NCBI GenBank assembly: GCA_030390025.1
Contig: CM059432.1
Span: 92,692,001 to 92,756,000 of the forward strand
Origin: Squalus acanthias
Taxonomy: Eukaryota
DNA length: 64,000 bases
Direction of reading: 5' to 3'
Under the pieces are notes generated by a model. It ran no database searches and was not told the DNA's origin. It saw only the letters and a program-made list of their open reading frames with translations. Shown in pieces: positions 26,012-39,364 of this stretch. Position numbers and translations under genes: made by a program. How positions within the stretch are numbered: position 1 is the first letter of the stretch; each line of letters begins with the position of its first letter.

Positions 26012-29000
26012 TCACATTTTTTGTTTACGCTTGCTTCTACGAGGCGCAACTCCCCGTGGCTTCAGCAGAGGCAGCCTGCTCACTTCCCTGCTGCGACTAC
26101 ATAGACACGCTTGGCGGATGTCCTCTGGGTTTTGGAACTTGTGACGGCCCCACCAAAGTCTGCTACTCCTGCAACTGTGCAGCAGCAGTCTCGGCCATTG
26201 CAATCCGAGGAGGCACCTGGGGCTCTGACTGAGGGGGGGCGGGGGGGACCAGTGAGCGCGCTTTGATAGGAGCCCCCACTTCCATGTCCCCTCTCACCAT
26301 CATCCCTCTCATGGGCCACCCGCACTTCCCTGCTAGCAAGGAGCTGGAAAGCACCTTGCTGCACAGCAGTGGGGCCATAAGGACCCAAGTTTACGTTTAC
26401 ATCCCTCCTGGAGAGGAGGTCTATGAGCCTCTGTCATCTGCTTTCCATAGATAGCATGTGCTCCTGTGAGTGGAACATCAGCTGCTCCATGCAGGTGGCT
26501 ATCCTTTCTATGGAAGAGCATACCGTCCCCATCACCTGCAAGATGGTGGTGCTCATGTTGGAGATGAACTCCTCCATTCTCTGCACATTTGCAGACATAG
26601 CAGCCGAAAAACCTGACAGAGCCTCCTGAACCTCCAGGATCACCCTCTTTCTCGATGGTCCCCGAGGCTCAGCGTCTGCATGCAACTGAGCAGAGCTGGG
26701 AGCGTCCTGCGCCCTCCGGCGAGGAATCTCCACTGCTGTCCCTGTCTCAGGAAGGGGAGGGTGTGACGGTTAGGGAGCCGGGTAGCGGGGATTTACAAGA
26801 GGTTGAGAAGGAGGTCCCACAGACACTGGTCCTGTCCAACAGGTACGATGTACTCGCTACCTGTGAGGACAAGGAGAAAGACTGCAGGGAGGACAGTCAC
26901 AATGCAGACCAAGGCACCGTGGCTCAGAAGGCTGTCCAAGTTGGGGGTGGGGGGGGGGTGTGAAGAGAAAGGAGAGAGCAGAATAGAAATGTGGTAGTGA
27001 TAGGGGACTCTATAATTAGGGGGATAGATAGCATCCTCTGCAGCCATGAACAAGAATCCCGAAGGGTGTGCTGCCAGGGTAAGGGATATCTCACGCCAGC
27101 TGGAGAGCAACTTGGAAAGGGAGGGGGTAAATCCAGTTGTCGTGGTCCATGTTGGAATAAACAACATAGGTAGGAACAGGGAGGAGGTCCTACTGAAAGA
27201 GTTTCAGGAGATAGGCGTTAAATTAAAAAGCAGGACCTCGAGGGTAATAATCTCTGGGTTATTGCCCGAGCCATGTGCAAATTGGCATAGAAGCAGACAG
27301 ATCAGGAGAATTAACATGTGGCTAAAGGGCTGGTGTGCGAAGGAGGGGTTCTTTTTCATGGGACACTGGCACCAGTTCTGGGATAGGAAGGAGTTGTACC
27401 GATGGGACGGGCTCCACCTGAACCGGGATGGGACCAGTGTCCTACCGGAGGTGGCAAAGGCTTTAAACTAGTAAGGGGGGGGAGGGATCCACAAGAAACG
27501 TAAGCAGCCTAAATATAAACAGAACAGGAAAAGTGAGCATAGGAAAGAATAAAGTAAGGGAGGATATTAACGGCAAGGGAGCAAATAGAGTTATAGAACA
27601 GGAGTCTAAAAAGAAGGTTAAACATAAAAAGAGAGGAAATTCTATTAATAATGAGTTAAACTGTCTGTACAGCAATGCACACAGTGTCTGAAATAAAACA
27701 GGGGAGCTGGAGGCAATCATGCGTTGGGAGGAACTCGACATAGTACGGATTATTGAGACATGGCTGCAGAAAAATCAGGACTGGGAATTAAGCATTGCAG
27801 GGTATAACATTTAGAAAAGATAGGAGGGAAAAAGGGGAGGTGGAGTAGCTGTATTTATTAGGGATAACATAATGGCAGTAGAAAAAAGGGACGTAGATAA
27901 TATCAGCAAGACAAAAATAGAATCCATATGGATAGAGATAAAAGATAATAAAGGACCAATCACACTAATAGGCATAGTCTACAGACCACCTAATAGTGGA
28001 AGGGAGGTGGAGGAAGAAATATGCAGACAAATTAGAGAAATGAGTAAAAAACATAGAATAATAATCATGGGGGATTTCAACTACCCCGATATTAATTGGA
28101 CAGAAGAGGTAGGTAAAGGGGATAAGGGAATGGAGTTCCTACAATGTCTACAGGACTCCTTTCTCACCCAATATGTAAAAAGCCCAACAAGGAGGATTCG
28201 CTATTGGATCTAGTTATGGGGAATGAACCAAAGCAGATAAGAGAAGTAAAAGTAGGGGGAACATATACGCAATAGTGACCATAATATAATACGCTTTAAG
28301 ATGATAATAGAGAAGGACGTAACAATGACAAAAACCAGGTTAATAGATTGGAGAAAAGCTGATTGAGGGGCTGAGAATAGAACTTGGGAAGATAAAAAAT
28401 GGGCAACAATATTGGCAAACAACGATGTAGAACAGCAATGGGAAACATTTAAAACGGTGTTCAACAGAGTGCAGGAAAAATATATTCCACTAAAAGGAAA
28501 GAACAAACTAAACACAAATTGAGACTCCATGGTTGAATAAAGAGACATAAGGAAACAATTGCGGGTCAGGAAAGAGGCATACATTAAGTACATAGACAGC
28601 AGAGGAGTGCATGATAAGAGAGAATACGAAGGGATTAGGAGAGAAGTCAAAAAAAATTAGGAAGGCAAAGAGGAACTATGAAATTAAATTATCAAGGAAC
28701 ATAAAACAAAATATTAAAATATTTTACAGGCACAACAATAAAAAAGGTTGGGATGGGAATAGGGCCATTAAAGGGATGGACAGGACAATACCATAAGTAA
28801 CAATAGGGAGATGGCAGAAATATTAAATCATGATTTCGTTATCGGTATTTACCAGGGAGATAGAACAGGTGGACATGACATTGGATGATGAGATGAGTAA
28901 TGAGAGAAGTGCATTTAAAATAAAAAAAGGGGATATATTAAAATAAACTAATCAAACTCAGGATAAAACCCCTGGTCCGGATGGATTGCATCCACGCATT

Positions 29001-31438
29001 TTAAAAGAATCTAGGCAAGAGATAGCAGAGGTATTACTACACATTTTTAATAATTCGTTAGAAAAAGGTGTTGTGCCAGAGGACTGGCGGATACCTAACG
29101 TAATAGCTATATTTAAGGGGGATAGAACATGTCCAGGGAATTAGACCAGTCAGCTTAACATCGGTGGTAGGAAAAATAATGGAATCCCTACTAAAGGAGA
29201 GAATAGAAGAACATCTAGAAACAAAAAGTATAATAATTAATAGTCAGCATGGATTTTAAGAGGGAAAATCTTGCTTGACCGACCTCATTGAATTTTTTGA
29301 AGAGGTAACAGAGAGAATAGACAATGGTAATGCAGATGATGTAATTTATCTGGATTTTCAAAAGGCCTTCGATAAGGTACCCCATAATAGACTAATGAAT
29401 AAGGTCAGAGAATGCAGAGTCAAGGGACAAGTACCAGAATGGATTGCTAGCTGGCTTCAAGACAGAAAGTAGAGAGTGGGAGTAAAGGGTAGCTATTCAC
29501 AGTGGCAGAAGGTGGGTAGCGGTGTTCCACAAGGATCAGTGCTGGGACCACAGCTGTTCACAATTTAAAAGTAACAATTTAGACTTTGGAATAAAAACAA
29601 AATTTTAAAATTTACTGATGATACCAAATTTTGGGGAATAGTCAATACCGAGGAGGACTGCAACAAATTACAGGAGGACATTAATAAACTTGCAGAATGG
29701 GCAAATAATTGGCAAATGAAGTTCAACAGAGACAAATGTGAAGTATTACATTTTGGTAGGATGAATAGGGAGGTCACTTATCACTTGGAGGGTGCAAGTC
29801 TAGATGAGGTAGAGGAACAAAGGGATCTCGGAGTACAAATACAAAAATCACTAAAAGTTGCGCCACAGGCTAGCAAGGCCATTAAAAATGCAAACCAAGC
29901 ACTAGGGTTTATTGCTAGAGGGATAGAATTGAAAAGTAGGGAAGTTATGCTAAAGCTGTATTGAACCTTGGTTAGACCACACTTGGAGTACTGCGTGCAG
30001 TTCTGGTCGCCATATTATAAAAAGGATATAGAGGCATTGGAGGGGGTGCACAGAAGATTTACAAGGATGATACCAGAAATGCGAGGGTATACATATCAGG
30101 AAAGGATGAACAGGCTGGGTCTCTCTTCTCTTGGAAAAAAGAAAGCTGAGGGGTGACCTAATAGAGGTCTATAAAATTATGAAAGGTTTTGATAGAGTGG
30201 ATACAGAGAGAATGTTTCCACTTGTGGGGAAGAGCATAACTAGAGGCCATCAATATAAGATAGTCACCAAGAAAGCCAATAGGGAATTCAGAAGAAACTT
30301 CTCTACCCAAAGAGTAGTGAGAATGTGGAACTCGCTACCACAGGGAGTGGTTGAAGCTAATAGTATAGTGGCATTTAAGGGGAGGCTGGACAAATATGAG
30401 GGAGAAGGGAATAGAGGGTTACGTTGATAGATTTAGATGAGGAAAGACAGGAGGAGGCTCGAGTAGAGCATATACACCGGCATGGACTGGTTGGGCCAAA
30501 TGGCCTGTTTCTTTGCCGTATATCCTTTGTATGTAATCTGCTCTTGCTCACTTGTGACTTGTGAAACACCAGGTGACAACACTACTCTATCTCGCATAGG
30601 ACCCACCGAGGTGTACATATCTGCGCTGGTGCTAGGTGCGCTTAGGTCTGGTGATTGCGCACCCTCAGAGGCTGGAAGCTTCTCGGAAGAGTCAGCTTCC
30701 TCCTCCGGCTGGACAGTTGGGGCAGGTCTTGATGGACCTGTGGGAGAGTAGAGAGATGATTTAGAGAGAGGTCATATTAAGAATGGATAACTATACCATT
30801 GTGCACATGATGAACATTCACTGGCTGCTGACAGTCACAATATGAGTGACTGCTGTATGCCATGTGGCTGTCTGAAATGTAATTCTGTCACCAGGTTGCT
30901 GAGAGGTCCCCCTCTCTCCGTCTCCCACTGCCAGCAGCTCCGCAACTCGAGACCTCCAGGGCGACCTCCTCTGCTATAGTTGAAGTGGTGAAGGATGGAG
31001 GGCCACATCCAGTTCTCTCCTTCTCCCAGTTGTTGTGCGCTCTTTTCAGCTGCAAAGAGGGAAAGAGGAGAAGTTTGAGTGAGAGCGATGGCATGAGTGC
31101 AAGGAATGTGTGGGTTACATCTACAGAGAGTGACTAAGCGGGAATGTGGTGCCAATACCAAATGGCCTCCTTGTGTGGTGTTACTTGGTATAATGTATAA
31201 GGATGAAGGTGAGCTTGCCTTTGCACTCACCTTTCCTGATCGAGATCACTGAAGCGCTTCCGGCACTGCACCTAGGTCCGCCTCACCATATCCCTGCTGT
31301 TCACCTCAGCTATTTGGAGCCAGGCACTTTTTGTCTCTTGGGGACGAGGACCTCCCTGCGTTCACTGGCTCCCTCCACAAGAATATATAGGGAGTCATCG
31401 GAAAACCTGGGTGTAGCCCTCCATCTTTGTGAAGTCAT
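26012..31438 (-). pseudogene. Harbinger Myb/SANT-like accessory gene, spliced (exons ~31231-31438, 30892-31049, 30537-30737 continuing at 26012-26748)
   Basis: Exon 1 reads MTSQRWRATPRFSDDSLYILVEG...AWLQIAEVNSRDMVRRT*VQCRKRFSDL then gtgagt. Exon 2 reads LKRAHNNWEKERTGCGPP. The C-terminus is basic (RRSKRKQKM). Confidence 0.8.
26749..30535 (+). mobile_element. CR1 LINE with SGNH-esterase ORF1 remnant and ORF2, inserted in Harbinger 1
   Basis: ORF1 VIGDSIIR, VVVHVGINNIG, DGLHLN. ORF2 VYRPP, MGDFNYP, YLDFQKAFDKV, HLEYCVQFWSP. Harbinger sequence resumes on both sides, collinear with Harbinger 2. Confidence 0.92.
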
Positions 31439-31807
31439 GTTTTGAAGTGTGAGCAATAAGATCCTGCAATATCCTCCCTGCACACTCCCAGATGAACCTT
31501 TAAATGCGATGTGGCCAAGGCTACATTAAATTTCCCAGCTGGAAATGAGTCATCAATGACATCATCAGACCCGCACCATTTAATAGGGCCGGGAAACACG
31601 CATATCTGCCTTAATAGGCTCCATTAACTGAAAGTCGCTCTGAGGAGCAGGATCATTAGCACACCACTGTTTCGACCTGCCACATGGCCCACACGCACCC
31701 AACCCAACTCGGTGAGGAAAATTCCGAGCATTGCTTATGGGTCCATCTGATATTTCTCTTACGGACGATTTCTGTAGTAGCTTGCTAGGCCACTGCAAAA
31801 GGACATT

Positions 31808-32490
31808 ATGGACTAGAAATTGTATGATGGCGTGCCAGTTTTACAGGCGTCCAATATGGCGGCTGGCATGTGCATTGCCCAGCAGAAGTGCACCGCACAC
31901 CATGGGGGGAATTTTAACCTAAAAAACACGGGTGGGTTGGAGGTGTGGGTAGTTAGAGTTAAAAATCTGAATCCCGACCTGAACCCACCCACTTCCGGTT
32001 TTAACAGAGACGGGGTGTTCTGGAGGTCCCCCCCCATGCTGGTCCCGGTCCACAATCACTAATACACCCCACCCCCTGCTCATCCGGCCACCCCTCCGGC
32101 CCTCACACGATCCCTCCCTCTCCTGCTGCCTAGTGCCACAGGCCTACCCGCCTGGAGCTAGCCAGCGCCTCAATCTGGAGAGAAAAGAGGCGCCCAGAAC
32201 CCACGCTTGAAGCAGTCATTATTTACATATGCAATGGGCCTCAACGCCTGTTTCAGGTCCCCTTCCTGAAATTGATTTGCCCTGAACACCACTGGTGCTG
32301 GGCAGGTCTACTAATGGCCTAATCATTGGTCCTTAAATGCCACCAAAAGTGCATTTTAAAAAATAAACTTACCTGAATATGGAGCTGAAGACCATTGCCG
32401 GCCGCAGCTCGGTTCTCTCCCAATCACCAACCGCCTCCCAGGACCTACCCAAGGGCCGCTACTGGCAATGCAGTGGGCCGAAATTCAAAT
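31808..32490. mobile_element. Probable non-autonomous DNA-transposon remnants
   Basis: GC/CpG-richer segment starting GGACTAGAAATT, with motifs shared with the MITE at 54728-55340. No matching right end identified. Confidence 0.35.
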
Positions 32491-33677
32491 CTGATTCACC
32501 GGTTAGCTGCCAAGCACCAAGATCAGGTCTGCCTCAAGCCCATCTGTTCCAGTGCAGGGATCATTCCCTGCTCCCAGAAACAATTTCTAGGCCTAAGAGT
32601 TGGCCACATATTGTGGGTACTAGCACAGTACAATAGAATCACTGTACAAAGTATTGAAATACCCTTCTTAAAACCCATTTCTTGCAAGGTTTGCTAAGCA
32701 GTTGGACTTTAGGATGAAACATTCTTTTGTAGACCTTAGTGTAATATCGCACATGGATGAGAAATTTCCAGTACACCCATGGACATCAGATCTCCAGTCA
32801 CAACTAAAAACATGAGAATTCTCCTCAATCAGCCCAAAGGCCAATGAAGTCAGTTTATCAACCAACACCAAAACCCAAAAGCAGATTATCTGATCTTTTT
32901 TATCTGCTGTTCTTGCGACCTTGTTGTACACAAAATTGGCTGCTGAATTTACTGACAACAGTGAATTCACTTCAGAAGTGAACTATTTGTTATAAAGCAC
33001 TTTAGGTCATCCCAAGAACATGAAAGGCTCTACATAATACAATTTAATTCCTTATTTGATCATCCCAAACTTAGAATGCTGATGGGTTGACAGGTGTTTC
33101 CATATTTTTTTGGCCTTCTAATATTTTTGCAATGTATAATTTAATTAGCCTACAACAAAGCCTCTGGCGCTCAGAGGGCGGATTTGGAGACAGGTCAGGT
33201 GGTTTAAAAAAAGAAAAATCGCAAAAATTGACAGCGGGTTCCGATCCTGCCGTCAACCCGCCTCCGTGCAACTTTCCCAAAGGCGGCCTCCCAGACTCTC
33301 GATCGGTCCCGCCACCAAGCGGCGGGATAGGCCCTTAAGGCAGTTAACTGCTTGGATAATGCTATTTTGACAGCGGTTTTAGATTTTACCACTTTCTCTG
33401 CGTGTTCCACGCCGTTCCCAAACCATGCCAGCTGATTGTGGCGGGTTCACAAGTGGCTGCCTTCTTCACAGCTGCAGCTCCAGCATAAAAACGGAGCTCT
33501 CAACAAGGCTCAGTTGCAGATGGCAAAACTTTGTTTTTTCAGGTCTTGGAAAACTTTTTGCAGGTCTACTGATCTTGGGAGTGGTGAAGCCGAGATCCAT
33601 CCCCACTGTGACCTCCTGGGAAAACCTTCTCCCCACATTGACTGAGCGCTTCCTCAACTGAGCTATCTTCCAGCAGC

Positions 33678-34894
33678 ATGGGAACCATTTATTTCTTTTC
33701 ATCCTGGTCCTCAGGTTCGGAGGAATAGCAGCCGCAGCAGCAGCAGAACCAGGCACAACAGCAGCACCAACAGCAAGAGCGCCAACCTCCTCCTCACCCA
33801 CCTGATGCTGCACAGGGCAGAAGGAGTCAGCGCAGGGCTGCACGTCGCCGGAGGAGATACACACAACACAGGGTTTACAGGCTGAGGATGACCTTCCTCA
33901 ATATGACTGAGCAGCAGTGTCAAAGGAGGCTGAGACTTTCACGAGAGGTAGTCGCTGACATCTGCGCAATGCTGCACCAACACCTGGAGCCCAAAGGAGC
34001 GGCTGGACACCCCTTACCAGTGGCTGTCAAAGTCACCACCGCACTCAATTTTTTTGCTTCAGGGTCCATCCAGGGATCATCATCAGACATCAGCGGCATC
34101 TCCCAGTCAGCCGCACACACCTGCATCATGCAGGTAACCGATGCCCTCTTTGCAAAGACACACAATTACATCCACTTCTCCACAGATGAAGCAAGTGTAA
34201 CTGCGCGTGCGGTTAGCTTTGCAAATATGGCAGGCTTGCCAAGGGTGCAGGGCGTCATAGACTGCACACGTGGCCCTTAGGGCACCCCATCACAACCCAG
34301 CTGTTTGTCAACTGCAAGGGCTTCCACTCCCTTAACGTGTAGCTGGTGTGTAACCACAGGAAGGACATTTTGCATGTTTGCGCGAAGTACCCTGGCATTT
34401 GTCATGACTCGTTCATCATGCGCCAGTCTAGTGTGCCTCCGCTCTTCAATCCACCAAACCAACTTTCCGGATGGCTACTTTGAGACAAGGGCTATCCCCT
34501 GAAGACGTGGTTGATGACGCCGTTGAGGAGGCCATCGAACGAAGCTGAGGAGCGCTGCAATGCCAACCACATTTTGACCAGATCCATCATCGAGCAAACC
34601 ATTGGCTTGCTGAAGATGTGATTCAGATGCCTTAACAGATCAGGTGGAGCCCTACAGTACTCAGCAGCCAGGGTCTCCAGAATCATCGTGGTCTGTTGTG
34701 CACTGCACAACATTGCACAGCATCGTGGCTTGCAGCTGGCTGAGGAACAAGTGGCCCAGCGCATAGCCTCCTCAAATGAGGAGGAGGAGGAGGAAGACGA
34801 CCTTGCGGAGGTGGATGAGCAAGCTACAGCAGCACGCGAGCACATTGCTGCCCGGGATGCAAGGAATGCACTAATTTTTGCCAGATTCGCTTAG
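33678..34894 (+). pseudogene. Harbinger DDE transposase (HARBI1-like) with stops and frameshift
   Basis: [76 protein letters not shown] and an acidic tail. Confidence 0.9.
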
Positions 34895-35149
34895 GTAGAC
34901 GAATCAAACATGTGGCTGGCACCTTCTTATCACACCATAGACAATGGACAAGAACTTGTGGGTTCCGATCACTCAGACCATCATTACAAATGCAAGTCGC
35001 CCTAAGCCCTCAATGTGCAACTTCCATTTCCCAGATCACATAGGCCAGAACTTCAACTGTTTGCCATCGCTTCAGTTTATTCAATGCACGAATGGATGAC
35101 AAGGGCAAAAATTAAACAACAGAACACCCAAGTGACTACCCTCGTGACT

Positions 35150-37310
35150 AATTGTGCTTCATCTTCCTCTTACGCGTGCTTCTACGTGGTGCTTCCCCTG
35201 TGGCATCAGCAGATGTGGAAGCACCTTGCTCACGTTCATGCTGCTCCTGCTTCGACACCTTTGGCGGGCGTCCTCTGGGTTTGAGGGCTCGGCAACAGTT
35301 TGCTCCTCCTGCGCCTGTGCAGGGGCTGAGACACCCATCTCAGTTGGGTGCGGACTCTGGTGGGGCTCTGACCAAGGGCTACGCAGTGGCATGGAAGTGT
35401 GGGCGCTTGGAGAGGAGCCCCCACTTCCTTGTTCTCTGCCACCAACTTCCCTCTCATGGGTCAGGTCCACCTCAGCACTTGCAAGCAGCTTGAGAGCACC
35501 TTGCTGCACATCAGAAGGGCCATGGGGACCTGTATCTGCACTGGCAGTCCTACTCAAAAGAACATAAGAGCATAAGAAATAGGACCAGGAATAGGCCATT
35601 TGGCCCCTCGGCCCCGCTCCGCCATTCAATAAGATCATGGCTGATCTTGGGCTCAAAGCTACTTCCCTGCCTGCTCCCCATAACCCTTCACTCCCTTATC
35701 TTGCAAACCTCTGTCTATCTCCACCTTAAATGTATTTAATGACCCAGCCCCGGCTCTCTGGGGCAGAGAATTCCACAGATTTACGACCCTCTGAGAGGCG
35801 AGAGAGAAAAAGGACTTCCATGAAGCTCTGGTTTCTCTGCTCAACAGCTGCCCATCGCTCCTCCAGAGATGTCAGTCTATTCTGAACATTCATGTTTTCT
35901 TGACTCTGGCGACTTATTTCCTCCATGGCCGTAGCCAGCCTTTCCACGGAGGTTGCCATCCTTTCCGTGGTGCTGCGTTTTTGCGCCATTGCCTCCGCAA
36001 CAGCACTGCTCATGTTAGAGTTGGACTCCTCCATCCTCTCCACACTCGCAGTGACTCTGGAGACGAGACCGGTCAGAGACTCCTGCACCTGCTCCTGGAG
36101 TTCCAGCACCGCTCTCCTTCTGGATGGACCCAGAGGCACAGGGTCCACATGCAGCAGAGCAATGCTAGGAGAGTCCTGCGACCTCCGACGAGGACTCTCC
36201 ACTGCTGTCCCTGTCTCTACCACCTGCTGATGCTCACCTGTGAGATGTGATACACACGGTGACAACACTACTCTGTCCCGACGGTCTCACCGAGGTGTGT
36301 GTATCTGCGCTGGTGCTGGGTGCGCTTACATCTGCTGACGCTGCGTCCTCAGAGGTTGCAGGTTCCCGAGGAGTCTTGCTGCTCAGCCTCTTCCTCGTCA
36401 ACAGTGGGGTGGGGCTCTGTGGATGGTCCTGTGGGGGAGTAAAGGCATGGGTTAGGCATTTGACGGAAGTCTGGCATGCACATGCAATACTGCAGATGCT
36501 CAAGTGGCATTCTAATAATGTACACCAGCAGCCATTTCAGTCACTCAAGCAGTGTAAATGAGAGACGCAAAACTATTCTGTCACCAGCTTGGTCTGCATC
36601 GCCCGTCTGTCTGTCCCCCACTTCCACACCTGCGATGTCCAGGGCCGCCTCTTCAGCCTGGGTGAGAAGGGCTATGGAAGGTGGCCCTCCTCCTGTCTTC
36701 GCCCTTTCCCTTCTATTGTGGGCTCTCTTTTCCTGCAGTGAGGGAGACAAGTGGAGTTGGAGTGAGAATGGAGAGAGTATACAGAGTCCAGAGCATAGAT
36801 ACTTAGAAAGAGACAAAGATGGAGTGAGGTTCCATGTCCAAGGGCCGTCCCTGTGCGGTTAGTCGTCGTCATTGCATAACATTGAAAGGGAGTGTGAGGG
36901 CAGCATAGTCGAATAGTGAAGTGATTGGGTTCATAGAGTGAGAGGGATGGTGAAGGGTGCAAGGGTTGCAAGGGTAAAGTGGGATGTGGAGGAGGAGGTT
37001 GATAATGCAGAGTGCTGGTGATGAGAGGAGAAGGGGAGCAGAAGGAGGGTCAAGCTGAAGGTATACTCACTTTGCCTGATCTTACAAGGTCACTGAACCT
37101 TTTACGGCATTGCAGCCATGTTCTGCTGCACACTGATCTGGAGGTTATATCCCTTGCCAGCTAGACCCACACAGCCTTGGTTTCTTTGGGAGGCCTCTTC
37201 CTCCCAGATGAGGGGAAGAGCACCTTCCTGCTGGCTCTCGCCCCCTCAACCAGCATACCCAGCGCCTCATCTGAGAACCTCGGGGAGGCCCTTGCCTTGG
37301 AGCTGGTCAT
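35150..37310 (-). pseudogene. Harbinger Myb/SANT-like accessory gene, spliced (exons 37071-37310, 36585-36732, ~35150-36428)
   Basis: Exon 1 reads MTSSKARASPRFSDEALGMLVEG...VLFP...VWV*LARDITSRSVCSRTWLQCRKRFSDLVRSGK|gtgagt. Exon 2 reads cag|EKRAHNRRERAKTGGGPP. Confidence 0.85.
35558..35795 (-). mobile_element. CR1 3' fragment inserted in the Harbinger 2 Myb gene
   Basis: QRVVNLWNSLPQRA plus 3' UTR and tail (aagaacataagagcataag on +). Confidence 0.85.
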
Positions 37311-38799
37311 TCTTCAAGGAGATAACAGTTTGGAGGTGGTGCAGCATCGACCAAAAACCAGTGGAATGAGCCAAGGCAGCAAGCAGCCCTTAAATGAAGC
37401 TGGATAAGTGACGTCAGCAGGGGCGAGTTTCATTTCCAAAAGACTAATTGGCCCAGGGGAACCCACATCTCTGAAATCAACTGGCCAATTAGGGGAAAAT
37501 CGCAAATTTTTCCCACCTCTCAGTGGAGGCGGGTTTGGAACCCACCCAAACCGAAACCCGCCTCCATTGGGAAAATCGCACCCGTAGTATCTCAAAATGG
37601 AGGCATAAAGTGGACAAGAAAAAAAGTGCTTCCATTTTAATTCTAGATATTTCAGAACAGTCAGATAAAATACAAAAATGTTTGTATTTTGTTAGTACCT
37701 TTATTTTTGTGTTGTATCAAATGCAAGGCTACCAATGCCACTCTTAAGCAGGACTCCTAGTGCTGCACAATTCAGCAGCCAAGAATTAGCAGCAGGCAGT
37801 GCACAAGAGATACAGTATATAGTTGGCCGTTACAGTAAACAGTTTAGAGCAAATGCACAAAGCTTCTGTATTAATCAAGAAGTTATGATAAAAAGACAAA
37901 CCATCTCTTGCACCTCTGCTGCTGGTTCTTCTCCAGATATTGCGGTCACCACGATGATAATGGTTGCGCTGCTATTGTTTTCAAAACCGGTGGAATCCAA
38001 GCCCAAATTCTCTTGCTGGTTGTGGGCCAGCTGATGGTCCACTTCTGGTCTCTCTTCCTTGTTCAACCGCTGGTTGCTCTAGCTCTCGTTCTCTACTGCT
38101 CAGTATCCATCTCCTTTGCTCCTTCGGTACAGTAGGTTTATTGTTCAAGTAGCTTGCTCAAAACTTCCGCTTTTTAATTAAAAAAACTAAAAATGACACC
38201 ACATTACCAAGTGGTATACATAAATGATCTATATATGTTTATTAGAAGTGCAGATCACTTGGTAATATGCTCTAGAATCTATACTTGCAACTTTTTTTTT
38301 TTTTTTTACAGAAATCAGCCACTGAGTTCTAGGGACACCTTATTCTCAAGGCAGGTGATTACTCCCCCTCTAATTCTTACCTTCTCTGTGGCAGTGGCAA
38401 CTTATCCACTCAGCACCTCCTCATAGCAGCAAGACATATCAAAAATGTGAAGTTTGGGTGGGGATGGAAGTGGAAAAAACCCTGCATTTCACCACTACTA
38501 TAGTCCTGCATGTTAATTCTCCAAATCAATGCCCCACTTCTCCATCTTACCTAAAGTAATAAAGTACCATATAAGACAGCTTTATAGATGAAGCTCACAA
38601 AAAGATCACGGTTTTCTTGGACTACATTGTAGATCTAAAATCACTGATAATACATTTGGCAACAAGAGAAGTGCATTTTCAGAATTTGCAGAGATGGAGG
38701 TCACTTGACAAAATCTAAACGTTATAGATCTTCCAAGCACTTGGAATAAAATAAAGTTCCAGTACATGTCAGTCAGCTCCCAATCTGGTCATTCCTTAC

Positions 38800-38915
38800 C
38801 TTAGCAAGTTCGTTTGTCAGCTCTTCTCGCTCTTCATCCGTCATTCCACCTCCTAGAACAGCAGTTGCAGCTGCATCTTCTCCTACTTCAGGTGCTGGAT
38901 CACTTTGCAGCAGAC
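38800..38915 (-). CDS. TPD52: Tumor protein D52 family coding exon (N-terminal, start of coiled coil)
   Basis: Minus strand reads tttattgcag|GT CTG CTG...GCT AAG|gtaagg. The 116 nt translate to (G)LLQSDPAPEVGEDAAATAVLGGGMTDEEREELTNELAK, matching recalled TPD52 GLLRTDPVPEEGEDVAA...EELRRELAK. Phase 1 in, phase 0 out. Confidence 0.9.
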
Positions 38916-39364
38916 CTGCAATAAACAACAGAAACATGCACTATCAGCTGTTGCTCGCCACTACTTCAGTATCTGTTCTCTTAGGTACTCTAGGTTTAAT
39001 GTTCAAGTAGCTTGCTCAAAAAACTTTTTTTTTTTTTTTAAATAAAAAAAGTTAAAAATTAAACCATTATTACCAAGTGACATACCTACACGCAAGTGAA
39101 TTTTCATTACTGATGCACATCATTTTGCATTAATATTGAGACTAGTTAAATTTTAACCCAAAAGGGTGCAGTTTACAAAAAGATATTCCTGCAATCATTT
39201 ATTTTAAATCTAATTTAGTAATTCTAGCCTCTATAAGATGCTGCACTATGTTAATCGTGAGTAGCTAAAGCTTAAATATCAATCAATCGATGCACAAAAT
39301 TTTTAAACTTTCTGTGTAGAGTTAGTGCTCGTATGAAAATTAACGCCAACTCAGTGGCAAGAAA

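Larger units (their letters stand above)
24046..31729 (+). mobile_element. PIF/Harbinger DNA transposon 1 (two convergent genes, decayed, with nested CR1)
   Basis: Imperfect TIRs GGCCGGATTTTTCC / GGAAAATTCCGAGC enclose a + strand transposase and a - strand Myb/SANT gene. Confidence 0.85.
33160..37583 (+). mobile_element. PIF/Harbinger DNA transposon 2 (left TIR not recognisable)
   Basis: Same convergent two-gene layout as element 1. Right end GGGAAAATCGCACCC. Confidence 0.85.

Noticed and set aside
24569..34894. Domesticated HARBI1/NAIF1 host genes
   Set aside because: Stops, frameshifts, TIRs and nested LINEs show these are decaying transposon copies.
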